Assembly (NCBI RefSeq): GCF_000143415.4
Contig: NW_003314350.1
Location: 620,001 to 684,000 of the forward strand
Reading direction: 5' to 3'
DNA: 64,000 nt
Source: Selaginella moellendorffii
Taxonomy: Eukaryota > Plantae > Lycopodiophyta
A model generated the notes under the pieces. That model ran no database searches, was not told the origin of the DNA, and saw nothing but the letters and a program-made list of their open reading frames with translations. Made by a program: the position numbers and the translations under genes. Positions 25,392 to 37,225 of the stretch are shown in pieces; position 1 is the stretch's first letter; every line of letters starts with the position of its first letter.

Positions 25392-26639
25392 CCACGATGG
25401 CAGGAGGTCGGTAGTGTTGAACCCATTATCAGTTCCCACTTGAGCTAGTTGAGAAATTGATTAATGATCATGCACTTAAATCGGATAAACATAATGTAGG
25501 AACCCTATATGTTTCTTGCTGAGCATACTCGGCCCGGTTTGAGAAACTGTTGTCATTGGCTTGCACTTGCTAGTATCAAGAACCCTTGCAATATTGAGAT
25601 TGGTCCCTCAATATTTTCTAAATAATAACTTACCATATCTTCACTATCATGCCTTTTGTGTTAGTCTTATTTTGGTCCCAAATGTTATTTATAGAAAGTG
25701 TCTAGATTTGCTCATTTGGCATATCTATGGAATGTAGAGATTGTCCTGAACACAATGGTGTTCATCCCATATCCAAATTCATGACACTAAAGACATTCCA
25801 TATTTAGTAAGTTGCAAGCTTATCGCAGAGACGTAACTCCTGATACTAAGGAAGGTTTGGGGTGAAAGCCTAAAGCGTGTGTTCCTCAAGGAGGGGGGGG
25901 GGGGGGGTCTAAGCCCCAAGTTTTATTCCATGCTAACTTGTGGAGTACTTATGTCTTTGTGTTAGGCCACTGTTATGCTAAAATAACACTAAATTTCGTT
26001 TGGCTCCATTTTGCATGTTAATCCTGATAATGGGATGTTAGTTGCTCTAGGATTGTTCCAAGTCACTTTGGGCTCTTATCACTTTGCTCCTTAGGCTATA
26101 TGTTTGGGAGTTACTCCGTGGTCCGGTTCTGTTACTCATTGGCTCCATGTTTGGGAGTTTAGCACCGTTCTTTCATTTAGTGGCCCAAAGCTTTGAAACT
26201 CAATATCATTTGGACACATGGCATATAGAGGGTTTAGGTTATCTTATGGTAAATCACCATAGGATAAAAAGTGAAAACCACATGCACTTTAGCAAGCTAA
26301 GCTTGAATCTTTTGGTATAGAGGATTTAACCAAAGAAAATTTTCCAAATAAAAATGTGATTGTTGAAGAAGATGCCTAAAATGTCAAGAAGCTTACTAAC
26401 AGGTTGAAAAAGATGAGTAGTAGTTGGTTTGGTTTAGTTTAATGCTTTGGTTTGGTTTGGTTTAATGCTTTGGTTTTCCTACTTTTATTAATGTGGTTTT
26501 ATTAAAAATGTTTTTTTTATCAAAAAAAATTTGTGAACTATTTAGCCATTCAGCACTTTCACGGCTGGTTTGGGTTGGTCTGTGTTGGGAACAGTCGGGA
26601 CTAACCTTGCTATGCACACGTTCATTCCTTTCATGAAGA

Positions 26640-28169
26640 ATGGAGAGAGTCACGAAAATGGTGTCTTACTCCAACCCAAAATCCATTGCTCTGATCACCA
26701 CTGGTCTGTTCTTCCTCTACGTTTTGCTGTCTCATAATCACTTTCCGGACAAGATCGTGGAAGATCTCATCGTTCCAGAGCAAGGTGATGCTCGCAAGTG
26801 CCGGAGCCGCGTAGAGTTCCAGTCCTATCGCCGCAAATCGACAGACCCATCGGCGGAAAGCTACACGCCATCGCCAGCTCTCATCCACCACCTGCGACGC
26901 TACGAGCAAATCCACGCCCGGTGCTCTCGATTGATCCAAGATGATCCAAACGGCGATCACGGCGACTGCCAATTCGTGGTGTGGATCGCGCCATTTGGAT
27001 CGCAGGGCCTGGGGAACAAGATGCTGGCGATTGCTTCCACTTTTCTCTATGCTCTGCTCACGAACAGAGTTTTACTCATCGCGAGAGATTCGTCCGCAGA
27101 GAACATGGATCGATTGTTCTGCGAGCCATTCCCAAAGAGTTCCTGGCTCCTTCCCAGACCTCTGGAGATCCGATTATCCACAGTCAACGATTCATCGCGG
27201 ATCGGCCATGCCCCGGATCTAAAAATCACTCCTCAGCACTGTCACGATTTCGCGAGCTCGATCAAGTTTCCAGATGTGGCCTACTCGTATCTGTCCGTGG
27301 ACTACACCCCGGACGATCGAAAATTCTTCTGCAAGGAGCAGCAAAAACTCTTGCAATCGCAGGTAACGTGGCTGTTTCTCCGGTCAAACGTCTACTTTGC
27401 TCCGGGATTGTTCTTGGTGGAATCCTTCCGGAGTGATCTCGCGAAGCTCTTCCCCCAGCAGCAGGCGATCTTCCATCACTTGAGCCGCTATCTCTTCCAT
27501 CCCATCGATCCGGTGTGGGATCGCACAGCGCGGTTCTACGACTCATATCTCGCGCGCGCCGATCGCGTAGTCGGCATCCAAATGAGAGTTCCTCCACACT
27601 TGCAAGGAGTTCGTCAAAACCTGGCGGCGGAGGTGTTCCAATGCGCCGTGGAGACAAAGATCCTTCCCAATATCAGCAAGAACAACGTCGAGAGGATCAA
27701 GCTCCGCTCCTCGATCAGCTCGCAGCAGCAGATCGCGGCGGTGGTGACTTCGCTGGATGAACACCACTTTGACGTGCTGCGAGAGATCTACCTCAACTCC
27801 TCCACCGCCGATGGATCGATCGTGAGAGTGGAGCAGCCCAGCCACGAGGGGCAGCAGCACACCGGATTTCTCGATCACGATGAGAAGGCTCTCGCGGAGA
27901 TTTACTTGCTGGGGCTCAGCGACGTGCTGATCACGAGTCCTGGCTCTACTTTCGGCTACATTGGCCAGGGATTAGGCGGGTTGAGGCCATGGCTTATGTG
28001 GGCTGGACCTGGATCTGGTGGGGATGTCTGCTCCAAGGCAAGAACTATGGATCCTTGCTTCTTTTCGTTTGGGGAGTCTAACTGCGATTGTGGAGATGTC
28101 AAGCTTGACAATGTGGAGCAGTGTCAAGATTGGCCTATAGCGCCTGGTGTTCAACTCAAAACAACTTGA
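26640..28169 (+). CDS. Xyloglucan galactoside 2-alpha-L-fucosyltransferase (GT37, FUT1-like), intronless
   Basis: Type II membrane anchor, GLGNKMLAIASTFLYALLTNRVLL, FCEPFP, VGIQMR, VEQPSHEGQQ, KALAEIYLLGLSDVLITSPGSTFGY. Intact 509-aa ORF. Confidence 0.93.
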   Translation: MERVTKMVSYSNPKSIALITTGLFFLYVLLSHNHFPDKIVEDLIVPEQGDARKCRSRVEFQSYRRKSTDPSAESYTPSPALIHHLRRYEQIHARCSRLIQDDPNGDHGDCQFVVWIAPFGSQGLGNKMLAIASTFLYALLTNRVLLIARDSSAENMDRLFCEPFPKSSWLLPRPLEIRLSTVNDSSRIGHAPDLKITPQHCHDFASSIKFPDVAYSYLSVDYTPDDRKFFCKEQQKLLQSQVTWLFLRSNVYFAPGLFLVESFRSDLAKLFPQQQAIFHHLSRYLFHPIDPVWDRTARFYDSYLARADRVVGIQMRVPPHLQGVRQNLAAEVFQCAVETKILPNISKNNVERIKLRSSISSQQQIAAVVTSLDEHHFDVLREIYLNSSTADGSIVRVEQPSHEGQQHTGFLDHDEKALAEIYLLGLSDVLITSPGSTFGYIGQGLGGLRPWLMWAGPGSGGDVCSKARTMDPCFFSFGESNCDCGDVKLDNVEQCQDWPIAPGVQLKTT

Positions 28170-29057
28170 ATCTTTATCCATTCTTTTTAGGACATCTAGA
28201 GAGTTTTATTGTGTCTTCCAATGTGGACCATTTTGGTATGAATTGTTTGATATGCAACTGATTTCAAGGAAGTTATCTTTCTTTGACGTGGTTATGCCTC
28301 CCATTCAACGAGCTTGGATGTTACAACAAGGAATCCACGACTAAGATGTGCAAGGATAAATTCTAGAACAAGAAATGACATAGCAAAGTCATATCAAGAT
28401 GTTTAGTGATTCACGTCGTGAAGCCCGCCACTTTGATACGCTCATAGGCACCCACGATCTGTCAAAAAATTATACAAGATGTTACAAACAAACATTACGG
28501 GTGGGCTCTTGTTTCCATGATGTAAGTTGTTCCAGTGGGATCAAACTCTGGTGACAAGTTTTCGTGCATGAATGCCTTCTTCGGACTCGGCAGTGCCGAG
28601 CCTGCAAGAATGCATCGCGCTGATAACTTCTTCCAGGAGCCTGTCTCAAGCCAAGCAGATCCACAGTCGGGTTTCTTCCAGCAGCCACCGAGGGACTTAT
28701 CTTTCGAATCTTCTCATTCAAATGTATGGGAGATGTGGAAGTGTGGCCGATGCTCGCTCAGTCTTCGATGCTGTGGTCGCCAAGAACTCCTTCACTTGGA
28801 ACTTGATGCTGTCAGCTTATACCAAGAACGGGCATTTGCAGAGGGCTAAAGAGGTTTACGACTCCATGCCTGGGAAGGACTTGGTTTCATGCAATGGAAT
28901 GCTTGCTGCGTACTCGCAGGCCGGGAAACTGGGTGACGCTGTCGAGTTTTTTCGAACGATGTAAGAGAAGGATTTGGTGTCGTGGAACACCGTTCTTGCA
29001 GCTTTTACGAGGGCCAGAGATTTGAGAGGAGCCAGGAAGATTTTCAGCGACATGCTG

Positions 29058-31676
29058 TGTTGTGGTGTAAAAAGGGATGGACATAACACTCATGAGCTCG
29101 TTCATTGTGTTCCGACTTTTTTTACATGACTCAAGGGACACGACTCATGACCACGTGGACATGCCACGTCAGCTGATCGAGACTGACATCTCGACACTCC
29201 CACTCTGGCTCGATCAGCTGAGAGGATGGACTACCCCTCCCACTCAGCCGAAACAGATGGAGAGCAGACTCCCAGTGCAGCGCGATGGCGTTCAAAGGAG
29301 TCTCGAGCCAAAGCCTTCGTGAGTATATCAGCCACCATTGCCTCGGTGGGGCAATATTCCAGCAACAACTTTCCATTTTGGACTTGTTCCCGCACGTAGT
29401 GGAAACGAATCTCGATGTGTTTCGTCCGAGAATGGAAGCGCGGATTGGCGGCCAGTGCAAGAGCACTTTGGTTGTCCGAGAACAGCACCATAGGTCCGGT
29501 GCAAGCAGGAATCTGGGGCAGGTCACGGCAGAACTGGGTCAACCAAATCGCTTCTTTGCTGGCAGCGGTTAGGGCAATGTACTCTGCCTCCGTCGAGGAT
29601 AGAGCCACCAGCGGCTGGCGCTTACTGCTCCAGGACACAGCAGCCCCATGGAGCAAGAACGTATACCCGGAGGTAGAGCGCCTTGAGTCCTGGTCGCCCG
29701 CCCAGTCCGCATCCGAGTACCCATGAAGTTCCTGTGACACAGCAGCGCCATAGTGAAGCTGCAAATGCAAGGTACCTCGAACGTAGCGGAAAATCCGCTT
29801 CACAGCTTGCCAATGTCCAGGTCCGGGGTTCTTGTATTGGCTAAAACAGGAGAACACTTCTGACTTATGAGCCAGCAGGTACACGATCAGGTACCGCGTG
29901 TAATCATCCAGGAAGGTGACTACGTAACGTTTGCCTCCCAAAGATTCAACCATAATCGAACAAACGTCCGAGTGTACCAACTCAAGAACAGAACTTGCTC
30001 GAGAATGAGAAATCTGTGGAAAAGGAAAAACGTGGTGTTTTCCACCAACACAAGCTTCGCAGAAGGGCAGCGTGCTCCCAGGCGCCACAGGAACATCCAC
30101 CTTTTTTAGCTGTTGCTCGTTCACGTGACCAAGGCGCTGGTGCCAGGTTGCAAGTGTCGGTGGAACCCGAGCCATCAGTGCCACAGGTGGAAGGATCACG
30201 TGAGCATCCAGGCGGTAGAGCGTATCAACTGGAACTCCAAAAGCGACCTTATCTCCAGTCTCGGCATCCAGCACGAACGCTCCCTGTGCTGTGAACAGAG
30301 TATCGAAGCCTACTTGAGCAGCAGTTCCAATCGACAGCAGCGTGTGTGTAAGTCCCGGAACATAAGACACAGGATAGATCTCCCGGATTTCTCCAGAAGA
30401 GAGCTGAACCCTGATTGTTCCTTTGCCTAGTACGTCGTGAGCAGAGGAGTCACCGAGTCCCACGGCGTCACTCTCACACGGTTCTTGGTAGTCAAAAAAC
30501 AAGGAAGCCATGGGCGTCATATGGAATGACGCTCCAGAATCCAGCCACAGCTCTGGTCCGAGCACGGGCTGGTGGCTGCTGCTTGCAGAGCGAGCCATCA
30601 AGAGCTTACGAGGAGTCCCAGAGCCCTTGTCTTTGTTTCCTTTGTCTTTGTTCTTGGCAGCTTTAGCACGATCAGCTTTCTTCTTCTTGCAATCCCTCGC
30701 CAATTGTCCAGGTTTGTGGCAATAGTGACAAATGCCACGAAAACCAGTGTCGTTCGGCTGAGCTTGAGAGGACGAGGATGATCCTCCCGCAGCGCCAGCA
30801 TAAAGCAAGGAAGATTTGGCAGAGGGCATCGCTTCTTTCTTCCCCTTCATCTTGCGTTCCTCTTCAATTAGGGCACCCACGACTTGATCAAAGTTCATGG
30901 CCATGTGAGATAGAACAGATGCGAGCGTGCTAAACGCAGGCGTGACGGTTGCAAGCAGCAACGCCCTGGCGCGATCGTCCGTGACAGGAGACCCAGCACC
31001 AGTCAATTCAGCCATTAGCCCTCGAATCCGTCCCACGTACACAGCAATGGTTTCACCCGTTTCCATGTGAAGCGCCAAGAATTGTTGATTCAGCAACATG
31101 GAAGAATTTGCGGCTTGGGCCACGAAGATCGTGCGAAGCGACGTCCAGATTTCAGCAGCGGTCTTGGTGAGATCAATCAGCGGCAAGAATTCATCGCTCA
31201 ATCCCAAGCCAATGACGGTGATGGCTTGCTGATTGCGAAAATCCCAATCTGATTGTAGCGTCTGCTCAGCGGGACGAGGCTCAGTCCCATCAACGATGTT
31301 CCACGCTCGTTTCGCAGAGAGGATCAGCCTGATTCTTGTCGCCCATGTGAAGAAATTCGTGCCATTGAATTTCTCCACCTTCTCTGTGGAAGCCACGAGA
31401 ACTTGAGCAGCAACCGGTGGCGGCGGCGGCGGCGGCGGCGGCGGTGGTGGTGGGGGCGGCGGAGGTGGTGGGGTTGAAGCGGCCATGACAGCAACGTCAA
31501 ATCAACCAACCAGGATCGTCCCCGAAATCCGATACCATGTTGTGGTGTAAAAAGGGATGGACATAACACTCATGAGCTCGTTCATTGTGTTCCGACTCTT
31601 TTTACATGACTCAAGGGACATGACTCATGACCACGTGGACATGCCACGTCAGCTGATCGAGACTGACATCTCGACA
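29058..31676 (-). mobile_element. Internally deleted Ty1/copia LTR retrotransposon
   Basis: 139-bp TG...CA LTRs at 29058-29196 and 31538-31676 with two differences. TSD TGCTG on both sides, PBS TGGTATCGGA, PPT AGAGTGGGAG. Confidence 0.95.
29231..31486 (-). CDS. Copia polyprotein: Gag, protease and integrase N-part fused in frame to RT C-end and RNase H
   Basis: Poly-Pro Gag, CHYCHKPGQLARDC, LDSGAS, WHQRLGH...CEAC and HSDVC, then directly NPGPGHWQAVKRIFRY and YSDADWAG...ADILTK. Confidence 0.88.
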   Translation of the reverse strand: MAASTPPPPPPPPPPPPPPPPPPPVAAQVLVASTEKVEKFNGTNFFTWATRIRLILSAKRAWNIVDGTEPRPAEQTLQSDWDFRNQQAITVIGLGLSDEFLPLIDLTKTAAEIWTSLRTIFVAQAANSSMLLNQQFLALHMETGETIAVYVGRIRGLMAELTGAGSPVTDDRARALLLATVTPAFSTLASVLSHMAMNFDQVVGALIEEERKMKGKKEAMPSAKSSLLYAGAAGGSSSSSQAQPNDTGFRGICHYCHKPGQLARDCKKKKADRAKAAKNKDKGNKDKGSGTPRKLLMARSASSSHQPVLGPELWLDSGASFHMTPMASLFFDYQEPCESDAVGLGDSSAHDVLGKGTIRVQLSSGEIREIYPVSYVPGLTHTLLSIGTAAQVGFDTLFTAQGAFVLDAETGDKVAFGVPVDTLYRLDAHVILPPVALMARVPPTLATWHQRLGHVNEQQLKKVDVPVAPGSTLPFCEACVGGKHHVFPFPQISHSRASSVLELVHSDVCSIMVESLGGKRYVVTFLDDYTRYLIVYLLAHKSEVFSCFSQYKNPGPGHWQAVKRIFRYVRGTLHLQLHYGAAVSQELHGYSDADWAGDQDSRRSTSGYTFLLHGAAVSWSSKRQPLVALSSTEAEYIALTAASKEAIWLTQFCRDLPQIPACTGPMVLFSDNQSALALAANPRFHSRTKHIEIRFHYVREQVQNGKLLLEYCPTEAMVADILTKALARDSFERHRAALGVCSPSVSAEWEG

Positions 31677-33639
31677 TGCTGAGGAAGAATCTAGTTTCGT
31701 GGAACACAATGCTAGCCGCTATATCACAAAATGAAGAGATTGAGGTGGTGGACATGTTTTTTGATGGAATGGAAGAAAAAGACGTGGTTTCTCACAATAC
31801 GATGATGGTAAAGCTGGGCATATTTAGAAAGCGAGAAAGATATTTGATTACTTGCAAGAGAAAAAATTGGTTTCCTGGAATTCAATGCTATCAGTCTACT
31901 CGCATCATGGTCAACTTGACGAAGCAAGAATTGTGTTTGAAGAAATGCCTGAGCGAGACACAATTTCGTGGAACTCTATGCTAGCAGCATATATTCAAAG
32001 CGGGAATTTGCGAGAAGCGTTGTCCTTGTTAGAAAGGATGCCAAGAAAAAATTTGGTGTCATACAACTTAATTCTAAGCGCTTTAGCCGCTCAAGGTCTC
32101 TTTGACGAAGCAAAGGAATTCTTTGCTAAAATTCCCAATCCAAGCATTATCTCGTGGAATACACTCCTTGCTGCATATACTCCAATTGGGCATCTTTACG
32201 AGATCATCAAGCTTTACGACCAAATTCCAAACAAGGATATAATCTCAGACACGGCACTCTTGAATGCCTTTTCTGAAAATGGGAAACTTGAGCCAGCAAA
32301 GATGGTATTTGATGGAATGGAGGAATGGGACCTTGTGTCAATGAATGCAATGCTAGCGGCATTTTGTGACAGTGGGAGCTCGTTCAATGCCAAGGAGATG
32401 CTCAGTTGGATGTGTGCCCGGAATCTTAGCTCTTGGAACTGCGTTCTCCGATCATTTGCTCTTGATGGGGATCTTGACGAGACAAAGAGATTATTTGACA
32501 AAATGCCCGAGTGGGACCAAATGTCTTTCAATTTCATGCTTCCGGCATATGTCTCAGGCGGGCATCATGGTCTTGCTAAAGTAATGTACGAAACACTACT
32601 TCCTGAGAAAGATTCCTTTTCACACGTCGCCATGCTAAGTGCCTACACTGTACAGGGCAAGGTTGACGATGCAAAGCTTTTGTTTGATAGCATGCCATAC
32701 AGGTCTCTTTTTATTTGGAACTCTATGCTTTCGGCATATGCCCAAAACGGTCATCCGGACAATGCAAAACATCATTTTGATGCCATGCCCGAGTGGGACA
32801 TTGTCGCTTGGACCTCTTTATTATATTCCAGAAATTATCAAGGAAATGTGGAGGAAGCGAAGGTGTTGTTTGAGAAGATGCCTGAGCGAGATCTAATCGC
32901 ATGGAATGCTATGTTTTCAGGACATTCCCAACACAGGCATTTAGAAGACTCAAAGTGCCTGTTTGATTTGATGCCTTCCCACAATATTGTCTCTTACAAC
33001 ACTCTGATGGCAGCTTACTCTCAGCATGGATACATCGAGGATGCCCTCTTGCTCTTCCAGAAAATGAGACACAGGAACTCTATTTCGTGGAACACTCTAC
33101 TTGTGTCATATGCTCAAAATGAGCATACTACTACTGGAAAGGCGTTTTTCTCAACCTTGCCCGAGCAAAATCTGGTTTCTTGGAATGTAGTAATTGGAAT
33201 GTATGCTTTAAATGGGCAAACTGCACAATCCTTGGAGCTCTTTAGAAACTGTGTTGCTGATGGTGTCAAGCTGGATGATGTATCTTTTACCTCTGCATTG
33301 ATTGCTTTGAGCCATAGCGGTGAGGTTGACGATTCACTTTTTCTGTTTAAATCAATGATAACAGACTACTTAGTAACGCCTGGCAAGCAACAATATGGTT
33401 GTATCATCTCCTTGTTTGCTCGTGGAGGATATGATAGATCCTGTAAAGAACTCATTGATACAATGCCTTTCTTTCCTGATACTCACGACTGAACGTGCCT
33501 GGCAAGTGCCAATAGAATCTACAAATCTAACAGCCTTGGAATGGGGCATCACAATACACGAAAAACAAATGCCAACTAGCAGAAGCGTCTTGCGTGCTTG
33601 GTAACAGAGCAAGCTTAGACTTGGTTGAAAGGTACCTGG

Positions 33640-34380
33640 GATGTAAGTCATGTCCAACTTCGCCATGTCCTTGTCGGTCTCGCATTCCCCACTAGGTTGG
33701 AGCTTGTGTCACTGAGCCCTCTCTCACACTCGAGCCACCTCTTCATGCAGCGAAAAATTCCTCACGACTTTGTTCTTCGCACGATCATCGACTGCTCCAC
33801 TCTCTCACATGCTCCTCCGGTTCCGGACGGCATTCATTACGAGCATAGCAATGTGGTCTTGGTTTACAATTTTGCAGCAATCTCGCGAGCGCATGACGAA
33901 GTAGTGCATGAAAGCCTCTTCTTGTGCTGTCAACTCTGATATCCTCGATGGTCGATTCTTGAACTTCAGGCGTCCAAGAAAACAGCCAGCTGCATATTTC
34001 TCAAGTGATCACGTCGAATCAGATCCAAAACTCTTTGTTTACCTTGCTGAATCCCCCATCCTTGTAGCGGAAGGTGGTAGCGTCACTTTCTCTATAACGA
34101 GCAAGGTCGGGTTTGCACTCGTACGCCACCAGACCCTCGCACCACTAAGTAGAAGCTTCCGTAGGGAACCAGATGGTTTTCAGACTCATGAAGCTCCTCG
34201 CTTCCATCAACAAAGAAGTGGAACTTCTCAGCTCTTGGCTGCTGCCTCTTGTGCTCCTCGACAACCTACACTGCCTCTTCCATCTTCTGGATTGGCGATT
34301 GCACGAATTACAAATCACTGTATCCCAGAACCTCGTCAAACGGAATAGAGTTGCTTATCCAAGAATATGCATGCGATAAA
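33640..34380. other. Unidentified duplicated segment, probable gene relic (second copy at about 53110-53835)
   Basis: Nearly identical in both large duplicates apart from an inversion of about 160 bp. No family recognised. Confidence 0.35.
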
Positions 34381-34619
34381 TAAATTTGACGCCTGTAACT
34401 TGGGATCTCCGTGTTGTATTTGGTGTTATGAGCAAAAACGTAGCTTCCTCCGTTCTAGTTAACATTTGAAGAAACGAGTGCGCTTACTTGTCCCTGTAGA
34501 GAAGATTGAGCTCGGCAGTGGTTAATTAATAAGAGTTCAGCCAATCTTTCCTTGATGCCATCTGGTGGAAACTGCAAGCCACTGCTCTAAAATCAACTTA
34601 CTCACGCTCTTGGGACCGT

Positions 34620-36135
34620 AAATGAGATGGTGTACCAAAAATCGCAGTCATACCTGCTCACAGTTGCTCTTATGCCTGGAGGTGGCCTTAAACTCAGGCG
34701 GCCCATTCCAATGTATGGTAACTTTGTGGACTTGGTTCACTGGCATAATTGTATCACTTCCTTGGCGTCCCTTGAAACCGGGCCAAGGCTCATTAGGGCT
34801 TTAGAATTCTGGACATGTCTTCTCTGGACGCATTGCTGCAAAGAGGAGTGTCTGGAAACGCCTTGCAGCAGAATTGACACTGTTGGGTTTGCTTTGAAAG
34901 GTTGTGAGTGCAGCTTTCAAAACTTGAGCAAGTTTGATTTCTGCAAAAATGTGACAAGCAAGACGGAGAAGGAGCCGCGCAAGTTCCGTGTGATTCGAGA
35001 CGACTTGCTGCACCCGACGCTCGGTGGAAACAAAATCAGAAAGCTCGACGCTGTGGTCCCGTTCCTCAAGGACGAGGAAATCACTGATGTGGTACGTACT
35101 CTGCTTGTTTTTTGTTCTTTCTTTTCTTCCTTTGAAGCGATTTCAATGTCTATCAGGTGACTTGTGGAGGCTGTCATGCTGCTGCTGTAGGTACGAAAAG
35201 AAGACTAAGAATTCTCTGGTTTTATACTTCTTCTTTTCTATCTAACGTGTTTTCTCAGCTCAGCTGTGGCGTGTGCTTAGCATGGGTCATTTGCTGCTAC
35301 GAGGTGAAAAACTTGAAGTCACGACTGGATATAACTTGATATCGGAGGTTTATGGAAACGTGGTGTATGTTCCAAGAACCGAGTATGCCGATCGACAAAA
35401 AATGTTAAGCTCGCATATGGAACGTGTTGCTTGTTCTGAAGAACCAGTTCTTTGGTTGAATGGCAACTCTATCACCAGAGAAACAATCACTCCTTCAGAA
35501 AATTCTAAATTGCTTGAACCCGGAAGAGGAAGAAGAAAATGGGCCGTGCTTGGAGAAGGTGGTGCGAGTGGTCTAGCACTTCTCGGTGAGTGATTTTCAA
35601 CCTTGATATGTTTGTATCTCTAATCTTTTCTCCGTGCGTTCTAAGATCAGGCTTTATAAGACTTGTGAGATGGCTAAGCGAAAATGAAGTCTTCGAACGA
35701 CATGACAAGATCAAAATCGTGGTCGATTCTGGCACTGGAACATCCGCCATTGGCCTGGCTCTAGGAATCGCGTTGCTCGGGTATGCTCGAGTTTAAATCC
35801 TTTTGGTGGTATATATCCTTTCTTCCAGCCTTCACCAGTGGGAGATTGTTGGTGTAATGCTCTCCGGTTCTCGCGACTACTACGAGAGACAAACGAAGAA
35901 CCTTGTCACTGATTTTCTTCAGCAGTTTCGCTGCGATCAGTTGGCAGAGGCTTTGAGTTTACCTCTTGTTTGGGAGGAGAGGAAACGAGTACGCAGGTAT
36001 GATTTATATATAAGCTTGCGAGCTACAGTATAATAGTATGATAGCACAGGTTTGAAAAGATTTTTGGAGGGGAGATCGGTGCTTGCAAGAGTATAGCCCG
36101 ACAAACTGGCATTTTGCTAGACCCAATTTACACGT
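34620..36135 (+). pseudogene. D-cysteine desulfhydrase 2 / ACC-deaminase-like PLP enzyme pseudogene
   Basis: RDDLLHPTLGGNKIRKLD (PLP lysine), HLLLRGE, VVDSGTGTSAIGL and GILLDPIYT. TCGGC lacks the following QSA, and the 3' end is truncated. Confidence 0.82.
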
Positions 36136-36329
36136 CTTCCCTTTTTTCGCTTGGTTTTAAGAAAACCTAGCTTCCCACAACAGGTTTAATGATCGCGAAA
36201 AGTCATTAGTTTTATTAAACTAAAAACTTCACCAGTAAAAAGCTGACCATTGTAAAAGACCATTTTAAGATCCAACGGCTAATATTTTTTATTAATTAGA
36301 ATAATTTATATGGAATTAAAGGTGATCTC

Positions 36330-36450
36330 TTTCGAAGGACTGGGCATGATGACAAGTTACACCATTGCCAGGCCCATTGCCAGGCACAGAGAGAAGCAAG
36401 GATTAGTTGTTGCAGGCGAGCTACAACAAAAATTTAAGACAATCCATTTT
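36330..36450 (+). pseudogene. Duplicated RabGAP last exon (also at 55738-55860 and about 47490-47570)
   Basis: FEGLGMMTSYTIA...HREKQG matches 14951-15055. Confidence 0.8.
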
Positions 36451-36514
36451 AATTTAAACATCTTTTCATATCGAAGCTTGTTTATAGATGAGCTTAAGAA
36501 TTTTCTACTAAGCC

Positions 36515-37225
36515 ACTAAGTTGATGTGATTCTCACTCCACAACACATTTTGATATCGGCAGTAGATTGTGTGGTGCTATAGTTCTCTAGAATTTAAGAA
36601 TGATTGATCACTTGATCTAGTGTCAATCTTTTCCTCCATAATCAGATTTTACACCTCCGGCTACATATTGACAAGCCACTGGAACTCCAGGTTCGATCAC
36701 TTGTAGCCTTTGAGAAGCTCGTATGCCATCACTCCAAGCCCCCAAACATCCACTGCCTTTGTGTATGACAATCTCCTGTATCTCTCGATGAAGATATTCT
36801 CAGGAGCCATGTACTTCTTTGTCCCACAGCACTGGCTCATCTCTCTTGGATCGTCGGTTACCACTCCAAATCCACCAATCAGTGGTTCGTCTATGCTTGC
36901 ATCTTGCAGCTTGGTGAAAACGTTCTCCAGCTTGAGGTCGCGATGGGCAACACCCTTCGACTGAGTGTCTCGGCCAGCTTCTTCAGAATCTCGGCTACCT
37001 CCTTCTCGCTCAGTGGCCCTTTCATCGCTTGATCCCACAGGCTAGGGCCACATAGCTCCATGACTATCGTCCCAAAGCAACACCCGCCAACCTTCTTCTC
37101 CCTTTCTCCCTTTTCAGCCCCTGGAGAGAGATTGGAGCAAAGCTTGGACAAGATCCTTGTTCCCTCTTGGGGCCACTCTCACGCTTAACCATCTTTTCTG
37201 CGAACGTTGTGGGCTGTGTTATCAA
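36515..37225 (-). pseudogene. Ser/Thr kinase pseudogene (paralogue B)
   Basis: HRDLKLEN retained, DFG changed to GFG, frameshifts present. Confidence 0.85.

Larger units (their letters stand above)
23323..26610. mobile_element. TIR-bounded insertion (non-autonomous DNA transposon) containing nested LTR relics
   Basis: Ends GCATTGTTGGTCCCGACTG and CAGTCGGGACTAACCTTGC form an inverted match at 16 of 19 positions, flanked by direct TATGCA. The paralogous sites at about 43520 and 49174 are empty. Confidence 0.75.
28572..33580 (+). pseudogene. PLS/E-class PPR gene disrupted by a stop at 28962, a copia insertion and frameshifts
   Basis: LIQMYGRCGSVADAR and repeated xxSWNxMLxAY units. The E-domain-like end MPFFPD has a Trp-to-stop change relative to copy 2. 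Confidence 0.88.
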
